From: a virus
IMG/VR virus record: IMGVR_UViG_3300037461_001787
Coordinates: 45,278 to 109,277 of that record
Strand: one strand, 5' to 3'
DNA length: 64,000 nucleotides
The notes under the pieces were generated by a model. That model had not been told where the DNA came from, searched no databases, and was given only the letters and a program-made list of their open reading frames with translations. Below are positions 30,101 to 36,828 of the stretch, piece after piece (position 1 is the stretch's first letter; each line of letters opens with the position of its first letter). Both the position numbers and the translations under genes were made by a program.

Positions 30101-31024
30101 CCGACTACCGACCATCAAATTGAGTTTGGCATCCGCGGTACGCCAAATTCTGGAATGGCTTTTTGGGGTAAGCAGTTTATGGCGTCAATCACGGCCCCAA
30201 CTGATTACTGGAGTGGACGCGGGGTGGACGGGGCGACCAATGATGCAGCTCCCACCCAGCTCATTATTGGTGGCGCAACCCATGATTTTCTCCTGGAGGA
30301 CGTGGGTAAATCATTGCGGACTTTCGGCTCAGCAGTTACCAATGCGCGTGGTGGGAACAACAATGGGCGGTGGAGAATCGCGACTTACGTGAGCGCTACA
30401 ACGGTGACGTTGCGCGGGGTGGAACAAGCAGATGCTGAGACCAGTAGCGCTGCTCCCACCCAAATCACTGTCCCTCTTTTTGATGGGCTGGGCCCGTTTG
30501 TCTACCCGGACGATTTGGGCAAGCAGCTTGTGATTTCTGGGTCGCATTACGGCAATGATGGCGTCTATACCATCTCCAAGCTTTTCGACTCGAATGGTGT
30601 CGATTACGCGACTACGCGCATTTCTGGAACAGCTCGATCGAATGTCTGCCAGGTGACCACGCCAACCATTACTACCGAAGTGGGGTTGACCTGGGAATTG
30701 CGCCCGGCTTTTGTGGATGAGACGGGGCTCTCTTTCGAGATGAGCGGCGCGGGGTCAATTTCTGGAACAGAATTGACCTTGCGTAAGTCGCTCTGGAAGA
30801 ATGATTTGATCATGGAAATTTTGGCGATTGATGAGCATTCTGCGCAGCTCGTCGATCATTCGGCGGCGAATTTTGTCAAAGACGAGGGGCCCCCTCCAGT
30901 CTTCGCTGCCTACCCATGGTATGTGGCAGATCCATTGGCTATGCTGAAGCCGTTTAGTGACCAACTGACGGCGGCTGGTGTGGTGCCTAAATATTACATA
31001 GGAGACGAGCTAAATGGCGACTGA
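27125..31024 (+). CDS. Large multidomain baseplate protein: LamG + FN3/Ig-like + gpI-like wedge domain
   Basis: N-terminal LamG (GKIDEVAVFNRAL); FN3 (ISLSWVNP...YYYSIFA); internal AEGEDLNVVGRNFGLIR...DDAVYREVI...PKGT wedge motif. Confidence 0.75.
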   Translation: MGNSIISDPALVSALLAYYKLDGNALDSHGSNHGTAEKTIVTASGMLRNCIVFDGNGDPPDAQGTCQIINCGSVLNTSASFSISYWAYANGVDPYNCHLSIACWNGGGWQQPGTRLFIQQPNGSYITVTFAYFGSSGNVSVPISAEGGLWTHWVIAVNYNVGTGISTLTIYKNGVRAGTNAGSVGGPSFGPIPLLIGGACYNWGSNYRLHQVNGKIDEVAVFNRALTPLEAIQLYHAGYPYRYDEFYADISGTADATLFDLESLAGLTSGYVFPAATDFEAITGPAQRQISLSWVNPVHPDFLEVTVRRSKTGYPPSIHVGETAYTGTGTGFIDSNLDPDELYYYSIFACDTYRTYSVAVNASAVAKELNRAKLLSAVAIAKDKVRVTWDQELHLGEGDATDALVPANWTFETLAHPVAAQAISTHQLAPTILDITLDEEGTVDADYTAIAAATLQAADLRTISPTDREFEFTGLGEMPQVMFAQSIGLFYAIVQFSEAVLGAEDKANYNIPGLVIASVSVFDPVLYKYQLRTGQQAFAAPYLVEVSGVTDLAGSPIDPAHDTYAFTGFSPESSSAVEPSDLGLIAALTSAIGEACTEMAGLVSTRLSEPVTEGETVFPVESTEGWSDAGRFAVEGIPYTYTGKGTASLTGVKHIRGGEEQNGAAMLHHVEAAVTDIGRNRSYAEKLRRALLLNYAEGEDLNVVGRNFGLIRHPFFTDDAVYREVIRAMAYSPKGTMLGLELGLCGMVGEGNFEIYEDLIRYPCQVFIRLTGDALQAQQTVVGKAWMTELYWDALRTTANQLDLGAAPLSVYGVQLKPLQEVFDFRTLKPSDVTYPYYPGSTPQAAFGYAGTLVEGDSVLVAEGQTKLTCGSVGTIFYRMLDTQGARVTPASDWVVSMLMCIPTGASLKHGELFQAGLSVFDGQYRISCGLEDDLTFGLMATSGGGFLGTTVTLARDTYYAVELRRAWGDVIELRVNGQLVASVARSNFSAAPTTDHQIEFGIRGTPNSGMAFWGKQFMASITAPTDYWSGRGVDGATNDAAPTQLIIGGATHDFLLEDVGKSLRTFGSAVTNARGGNNNGRWRIATYVSATTVTLRGVEQADAETSSAAPTQITVPLFDGLGPFVYPDDLGKQLVISGSHYGNDGVYTISKLFDSNGVDYATTRISGTARSNVCQVTTPTITTEVGLTWELRPAFVDETGLSFEMSGAGSISGTELTLRKSLWKNDLIMEILAIDEHSAQLVDHSAANFVKDEGPPPVFAAYPWYVADPLAMLKPFSDQLTAAGVVPKYYIGDELNGD

Positions 31025-33413
31025 CAGATTGCGCGTGGAAGGCAATGAGCGAATGGATTTGCAGGATTTCCAATACCTGGTGGGGGAGCAGCAGGTGGCC
31101 GCTGAGCGGCAGCTGCTTTCGCAGCTCATTTGCTCTCCAGATCGAGAGCGCAAATGGGTGCTCTCGGGTTTTGCCATCAGCAATCCCACTGGCGCTCAGG
31201 TACAGGTGACCAAGGGCAGGGCCTTGTTGGCCGAGTTTCGAAACGGGGCGGCCTACTATGGGATGCTTACGACGGAAGGGGATGCTACGAAGATTGTGGA
31301 CATCAACACCTACGCAAATGGCGTCTATGGGATTTACGTTCGCTTCGAAGAAATTGAGGGTGCCTTTCAACCACGAATTTTCTGGAACGCGGCGGGGCTT
31401 GGTTCGGAATACCCCGAGACCATCGCTACCCGTTATCTGGCCAACTGGGCAGTGCGGGTAGAAGCAGCAAGCCCCGGAGAGGAATGGTTACAGATCGGCA
31501 CGGTGAATCGCGCCGACATGGCGCTGGTGGATATGCGCGATTTCTATTTTGAAGGGCCTGTGGATGACAGCTACAAGAGCGGCTGGTCAACGGACGGGGG
31601 CGGGAGCGCCAATGATCGCAGCGCGGATCGGAAGACCTACGGGGTTAGCGATTTCCAGAAATTTAGCGCAGCGACTCGCCAGTGTCTGGAAGACATCAAA
31701 GGCCGGGGGCTGCGTCGTTGGTGGGAGAGGGACATTGGTGGGATGAATCTCGGCTTTGATGCGGCTCCAGTCGAAGATCGACTCGCGCTCGGAGACGCAG
31801 ACTTCTACCTCGATGGCGGGGCTACCAAACGCTGGCAGTTTGCGCCCAATGATCATCTGACTTACGACCGCACGGGCAACGTGTTGGCGCTTTCTATTGG
31901 TGCAGATAAATATAAATGGGATGCAACCGCATATTTTCCAGAAACCGCTGATGCGGTTGATCTGGGCAAGAGTGACAAGCGCTTCAACACCCTTTACCTG
32001 GGGGGGTTGGCTCGTTTTGCGCATGCGACAGCGGACGAAGGTGAACGCAATTGGCAGATTTCCATTGCTGAAGTGGATGGAGCTGAGACTCTTCGAATTG
32101 GTACGGCGACCGCAGCTTGGGCGCATGCCATGGCTGGGATTTCTTTTACTCGGACCCTAAATGGTTGGTCTATCACCAAAGTCAATTTTCCCAATGGGCT
32201 TTATTACGATGTGGCCAATTACGCACTCTGCGCCGATACCACTTATGGTGCATTGGGCAAGACCGATGAGCGCTGGAAATATGTGTACGCTGATCTTGTT
32301 CATGGTACCACTGTTCAGGGCCCTGCTGTGGTCGCTGAAACAGCTTTTCTTCCCGATGCTCATAATGGAGCAAATTTGGGAGCAGATGACAAATATTTCA
32401 ATAGTGGGTGGGTGACCACTTTGACTATGGCAACCGGTATCGTCAACACGGTTATAAAACCTGATGTAGATGAAGGCGCGGATATCGGTACAAATCTGAT
32501 TTATTTTAATAATGCGTACCTTGAATCAGTGTTTATTGGCACGAAACTTATGCCCCGTTTTCATAACCAGCAAGATTTGGGGGATGTGAATACGTGGTTT
32601 CGCAATGGGTACGTAGATAATTTTAATATGTATACGGCGACTATTGGGCATTCATTAGTGCCAGATGATCATGGGGGAGCAAGTTTAGGCACTGCAAGTC
32701 CGCTTAAATGGTTTAGCACTACTTATACTCTGAACCTGATGTTAAGTACTGATGTTGGTGGCGGAGTGGGTACTGATCTAAGACCTTCTGAAAATGGTAC
32801 TCTGGATTTAGGGCATTCAAGCTATCGTTGGAAAGCTGGGTACGTCAATTCCCTGTATTCCGCATGGGTATATACCGAAAAACTTTCTCGGGCTGATGCC
32901 GGAGACATTCTTGTCTATTATGATTTGGTGCCTAGTACGAATGGCGCTGCCAATCTTGGTACGGTAGACACAACCTGGGGTACTTTGTGGGTGGGTACGA
33001 TCACTGGAGGGGTAGGTGGAATTTCTTCTGGCGGCGTAGTTAGCGGCGCGGGAATGACTTGCAGTGGCGAGTTGTACCTACCAGGTTTTGCAGGGTCGCA
33101 TGGACGGGAGATCAAGTGGGAATGGGCGGCAGGTGGAACTTGGTCGCCGTGGAATGTGCTGTACTCGGAGGTTGGCGCCTTTTATTCCGTAGGCCTTTAT
33201 ACGCAATATTGGACGAAACTAGGGGGCACTCTGCCGATCCTCGTCAGCGGGCAAGTATTGATTGGAGAAGCATATGACGCGCACATAAACCACAACGTCA
33301 GTGAGATCCATGGGGTTGGCGCAGTGGCCAATCGTGGGTTCCTTACCCTCCGGTTCAATGAAGTTGATTACGTGATCCCGGTTTGGTATTGGACCGATAT
33401 GGAAACTCCCTAA
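31014..33413 (+). CDS. Tail fibre protein with P-x5-LG-x4-(F/W)-x3-(Y/W) repeats
   Basis: About 8 repeats such as PETADAVDLGKSDKRFNTLY and PSENGTLDLGHSSYRWKAGY. Confidence 0.75.
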   Translation: MATDRLRVEGNERMDLQDFQYLVGEQQVAAERQLLSQLICSPDRERKWVLSGFAISNPTGAQVQVTKGRALLAEFRNGAAYYGMLTTEGDATKIVDINTYANGVYGIYVRFEEIEGAFQPRIFWNAAGLGSEYPETIATRYLANWAVRVEAASPGEEWLQIGTVNRADMALVDMRDFYFEGPVDDSYKSGWSTDGGGSANDRSADRKTYGVSDFQKFSAATRQCLEDIKGRGLRRWWERDIGGMNLGFDAAPVEDRLALGDADFYLDGGATKRWQFAPNDHLTYDRTGNVLALSIGADKYKWDATAYFPETADAVDLGKSDKRFNTLYLGGLARFAHATADEGERNWQISIAEVDGAETLRIGTATAAWAHAMAGISFTRTLNGWSITKVNFPNGLYYDVANYALCADTTYGALGKTDERWKYVYADLVHGTTVQGPAVVAETAFLPDAHNGANLGADDKYFNSGWVTTLTMATGIVNTVIKPDVDEGADIGTNLIYFNNAYLESVFIGTKLMPRFHNQQDLGDVNTWFRNGYVDNFNMYTATIGHSLVPDDHGGASLGTASPLKWFSTTYTLNLMLSTDVGGGVGTDLRPSENGTLDLGHSSYRWKAGYVNSLYSAWVYTEKLSRADAGDILVYYDLVPSTNGAANLGTVDTTWGTLWVGTITGGVGGISSGGVVSGAGMTCSGELYLPGFAGSHGREIKWEWAAGGTWSPWNVLYSEVGAFYSVGLYTQYWTKLGGTLPILVSGQVLIGEAYDAHINHNVSEIHGVGAVANRGFLTLRFNEVDYVIPVWYWTDMETP

Positions 33414-33434
33414 TTGTTTGTAACCGAGGAACCC

Positions 33435-33695
33435 ATGCCTACCATTATTCCAGAAAATGTGCAGATCAATGTACCCAAGTACCAAGAGAAGCTCAATCAG
33501 TTGCTCTCGGTGACTTTGGACGCGGCTACTGTGTTCAGCTACATCCAGGCGCATGAGATTCCAGAATTGGCGGATATCATGAGCACCTTCAACATTGGCA
33601 AACCAGACGCGGTGAAAATAGGGTATTTGGCTCGCGATTGGCATATCGGAATGTGCCGGAAGAAGCTAAATTACCCTGAGTATAACATGCTGTAA
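33435..33695 (+). CDS. Hypothetical protein (possible fibre assembly helper)
   Basis: GAGGAA RBS before ATG 33435; follows the fibre gene. Confidence 0.55.
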   Translation: MPTIIPENVQINVPKYQEKLNQLLSVTLDAATVFSYIQAHEIPELADIMSTFNIGKPDAVKIGYLARDWHIGMCRKKLNYPEYNML

Positions 33696-33716
33696 CGAGC
33701 AAAAAGGAGAGCGAGC

Positions 33717-34109
33717 ATGAATCCAGAATTGAAGAAAACAATGGAATTCAGTGGGGACGAAGAACGATTGCTTCAGCGTGCAGAAGAGCTGCGGCAAAAG
33801 AAACTGAAGGAGAAAAATTCCAGGGCCGCTGCCCTGGTCAATGGCGAAATCAAACCGCCCAATGAAATGGTGTCATATCTGGTGCAGCGAATTCGCGCTA
33901 CCCGTCGCGAGTACGAGCAAGTCACGCAGCAGATTCAACAGCTCAATACCCAGCTGCAATCATTGACGCAACGGCAGGCCAATCTCGAAGGCGATCACAA
34001 TAGCCATGTTGCCGATTTGCAGTTCTGGGACAAGGATTCGACAGAATCTCTGGAAAATCCCAATGTCATCTCCATGAAGTTACCTGACGTAGAAATTCCC
34101 GTTCCCTGA
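33717..34109 (+). CDS. Coiled-coil hypothetical protein
   Basis: AAGGAG RBS; Q-rich heptads. Confidence 0.7.
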   Translation: MNPELKKTMEFSGDEERLLQRAEELRQKKLKEKNSRAAALVNGEIKPPNEMVSYLVQRIRATRREYEQVTQQIQQLNTQLQSLTQRQANLEGDHNSHVADLQFWDKDSTESLENPNVISMKLPDVEIPVP

Positions 34110-34168
34110 TTTTTCTTTTCTCCCACAGCTGCGGTAGCCTGGATGAAACTTCGATACGGAGGGCAATC

Positions 34169-34495
34169 ATGATTTGCCGCGTCTGGACTTGGATCTGGGT
34201 GGTATTCTACCGTTACGTGCTGCGCTTGATCATGGAAAAAGACGAAAACCGCAAACCGATAGTGTCTCTCGGGCGGCTGGCTTTTGCGGCGGTGCTCATC
34301 CAGTTTTTCATTCTCTGGCGTCGCGCCTTATTTTCTGGAACAGAGGTGCAATGCCCGCCCGGTCTTCTGGAAGTTTTTTACACGCTGGCCGCTTACGTCT
34401 TGGGCACCAAAATCGTTCGCGCTGGAGTGGAAGCAATAGAGGCGCGAAAAAATCAAGCGGTGTTGCTCTCCAGGGATAAGGAGCCGCAGTCATGA
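34169..34495 (+). CDS. Putative holin
   Basis: 108 aa with hydrophobic segments (SLGRLAFAAVLIQFFILW; LLEVFYTLAAYVLGTK) and a charged C-terminus. Confidence 0.6.
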   Translation: MICRVWTWIWVVFYRYVLRLIMEKDENRKPIVSLGRLAFAAVLIQFFILWRRALFSGTEVQCPPGLLEVFYTLAAYVLGTKIVRAGVEAIEARKNQAVLLSRDKEPQS

Positions 34496-34839
34496 TGCCT
34501 GGGCAGTGGAGATTGGCGCTGCGGGTGACCGGGATTGCGCTGGTGGTCACGTTGTTGGTGGTGGGAGTGGCCTTGCTTCACCGGTTTTTCCCACAGCTCG
34601 CCAGTCGCTCTATCGGGCGATTGCAGGGGCGACTGGATGCGGAGAAAGCTGGACTGGCTGTTGCCAAGATTGAGGCACAAGAAGGAGCTGCGGCAGCTCG
34701 GGCTGAAGTGCTCGCTTGTTACGCCCACCAAATGGAGGTGCTTGATGTGCGGCAAAAGGCTCAGGCCGAATCGCTGGAGAAGGACCCCGTGGCTCTCGCT
34801 CGTTATCTGGTGCGGGTGGGCTCTACTGTTTCTCGGTAG
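34492..34839 (+). CDS. Putative inner-membrane spanin-like protein
   Basis: Single N-terminal TM helix plus Ala-rich coiled coil, after holin. Confidence 0.5.
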   Translation: MMPGQWRLALRVTGIALVVTLLVVGVALLHRFFPQLASRSIGRLQGRLDAEKAGLAVAKIEAQEGAAAARAEVLACYAHQMEVLDVRQKAQAESLEKDPVALARYLVRVGSTVSR

Positions 34840-35245
34840 CCTCTACGTGCTTTTCTGGGCTGCGCAGGCAAGCGCGCAAGAGGGCGAGCGGGTCTGTGAC
34901 CCCAAGGACGCAGGGAAGTGCTCCCAGGCGCTCGAAAAGGGTGAAGAGGCGCCATTCAGCGGGCAGTTGTTGACACCAAAGCTCGCAATCGCCTTGGCGC
35001 AGAAGGCTGAAAGGTTCGACATCGAGCTGCAAATCGAGCTGGAAAAGGACCGTGCGCTGGCCCGAATTGACCTTGAATTGCAGCGGCGTCTCAGACAGCT
35101 CGAAAATGCCAGTTTCGAGCGTCAAAAAACGGAGTACGAAAATGCGATTTTTCAGTTTTCGCGTTGGTTTCGCGCTCCGATCGTCGTTTTTGGCAGCGGT
35201 TTGCTTATAGGAATTTTCTCCACACTACTGATTTCAAGCATTTAG
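34745..35245 (+). CDS. Putative second spanin-like membrane protein
   Basis: Signal-like N-terminus ending AQASA; GEEAPFSGQLL; coiled coil; C-terminal TM helix. Start codon uncertain. Confidence 0.45.
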   Translation: MCGKRLRPNRWRRTPWLSLVIWCGWALLFLGSLYVLFWAAQASAQEGERVCDPKDAGKCSQALEKGEEAPFSGQLLTPKLAIALAQKAERFDIELQIELEKDRALARIDLELQRRLRQLENASFERQKTEYENAIFQFSRWFRAPIVVFGSGLLIGIFSTLLISSI

Positions 35246-35251
35246 CTTCAA

Positions 35252-35592
35252 AAAATGCACAAACTTTGTGCATTTTGCCTGTCTGTTTTGCACCAAGTTT
35301 GTGCATTTTTGCGTCCATTTTTGGGGCAAATGGGGGGCATTTGCCAACAGGGGAGGTTTTATTAAATGATTTTGACCAATGTTTTGTGGACCCGGGGGAT
35401 CTCTTGCTTTTTCACCCGAAACGTATTCAAAGGTAGTACCTACTCCCATAGTAATAGATTTTTTATTTATTGATATTACTTCATAAATTGGAAATTTTTT
35501 TTCTGGAATTTTTCTGGAATATAGGGTGCTCTAACCGAAAAATAAAACCCTGTGGAAAAAGTTTTGTCATGCGCACAACATTTGTGCATTTT
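35252..35592. repeat. TTTGTGCATTTT 12-mer family (perfect palindrome plus two further copies)
   Basis: AAAATGCACAAA-C-TTTGTGCATTTT at 35252-35276; direct copies at 35298 and 35581. Confidence 0.85.
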
Positions 35593-35719
35593 CCGCGCAA
35601 CATCTTGGAGCACAACGATTTTTAGGCCTGCCGTGAATCACGCTATTTTCCAGAAAATTCGTGAACTTTTTTCGTTTGGCTGCCCCTGATCGACTGGCCG
35701 TAGATACTTGTTCTTATTA

Positions 35720-35767
35720 TGGAAAAAAATAATCCTTGACACGGGCAAAAAAAAGTTTTGGTAAGTA
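35720..35767 (+). promoter_or_regulatory. Possible sigma70-type promoter for the replication module
   Basis: TTGACA at 35736 behind an A-rich UP-like tract; -10 match (TGGTAAGT) is weak. Confidence 0.35.
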
Positions 35768-35880
35768 TGCATCCCTGATGCAGGTCTGCATGTTTTGAAG
35801 ATTTTCCGAAAGGGACTGAGCGAGTACCCGCAAACTCCAAAAATCGAGGTTCCTGCTTTTAGCGTACAAGCTGGGGAAAC

Positions 35881-36060
35881 GATCAAAATCTGGAAGTAGC
35901 AGATCGAAGACGATCAAAGCTGGGAAAAGACGATCAGAGCAGATCAAAGTTGGGGGAAGACGATCAAAGCGGATCAAAGCTGGGAGAAGACGATCAGAGC
36001 GGATCGAAACTGGGGGAAGGCGATTAAAGCAGATCGAAGCTGGGAGAAGGCGATCGAAAC
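35881..36060 (+). repeat. 30-bp tandem array with 10-bp-phased GATC subunits (candidate iterons/origin)
   Basis: Five units, consensus-like nGATCAAAGCTGGGRGAAGRCGATCARAGC, at 35911-36060; 11 GATC plus 1 GATT in 180 bp. Confidence 0.9.
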
Positions 36061-36445
36061 CTGGTAGCAGTAAACAAGCAAAGAGTGGTGAGTGGATAAA
36101 GAGGGCGAGGGCGCGCAAATGGGATCCTCTGCCCACAAATTTTGAGAAGGGGGATAAACGATGGAAGTGATCAGGCGGCTCAAGCGACGGCAACGGAGAG
36201 AAGGGGTACAGCGATTTCTGGTGAGGTGCGCGGATTGCGTGCATCTGGAGGGGTGCCGGCAGAAGCTTGGCGGGGAGTTGATGGAAGACGGTCCGTGCTC
36301 GTTCTATCCCAGTTCTTGGCAAAGGCGTCCGGAAAAATAGCCGGTGCGCCTTTTCTGGACTTTTTGTGCTTGCACTTTCTGGAACATTTTCGTAGAACAA
36401 AGGTACGCGCGTAGTGCGCGGGATGTCCAACAACGGGAGAATGAG

Positions 36446-36634
36446 ATGCCAAGAATCGCAAAAAAAGTAGAATCAAAGCGCGCTACCACTACGCGCGCTG
36501 CAGGTACAAAGACCGCGGCCAAGTCAACGCGAGGTGCGAAGAAGGTGGCCAAGAGTGCGGCCAAGCCCGCCCAGGCCAAAAAAAGGAAGAGCCGTGTCGC
36601 GAAAGCCACGCAAGATGATGACGCTGACCTTTGA
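36446..36634 (+). CDS. Small Lys/Ala-rich histone-H1-like basic protein
   Basis: GGGAG RBS; MPRIAKKVESKRATTTRAAGTKTAAKSTRGAKKVAKSAAKPAQAKKRK...QDDDADL. Confidence 0.6.
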   Translation: MPRIAKKVESKRATTTRAAGTKTAAKSTRGAKKVAKSAAKPAQAKKRKSRVAKATQDDDADL

Positions 36635-36827
36635 CAGCGTTCTTCGCGAGAGTGAGAGTGGCTTTGCCTTGCTGTTTGACTTTGGCAAAGGAAAGCGTGA
36701 GTGGATTCCCAAGAGCCAGATCAAAGAATTGGTGGAGCCGGCGGTAGCAGGGGATTCGGGTACGGCGCTCGTCCCTGAGTGGTTGGTGCTGGAGAAGGGA
36801 TTGGAGGCGTTCGCCGAGGAGTATTGA
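36615..36827 (+). CDS. Small phage protein of the WxPKSQ...PEWL..EKGL type
   Basis: EWIPKSQI and VPEWLVLEKGL motifs. Confidence 0.65.
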   Translation: MMTLTFDSVLRESESGFALLFDFGKGKREWIPKSQIKELVEPAVAGDSGTALVPEWLVLEKGLEAFAEEY

Positions 36828-36828
36828 C

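Noticed and set aside
26233-33413. Diversity-generating retroelement targeting fibre/lectin genes
   Set aside because: No reverse transcriptase and no near-identical template/variable repeat pair differing at adenines was seen.
35644-35659. 9-mer as a CodY box or eukaryotic HSE/STAT site
   Set aside because: CodY consensus has a one-base centre (TTTTC-W-GAAAA) whereas this motif has a fixed two-base CA centre and lies mostly inside genes. HSE and STAT sites are irrelevant to a bacteriophage.
35881-36060. Possible CRISPR mini-array
   Set aside because: Units are contiguous degenerate repeats with no unique spacers, and no cas genes are present.
35717-36433. 238-aa minus-strand ORF with 10-aa repeats (DRLxPxxIxF)
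   Set aside because: It would be the only minus-strand gene, has no convincing RBS, and its repeats are simply the translation of the 30-bp DNA array. Not fully excluded.
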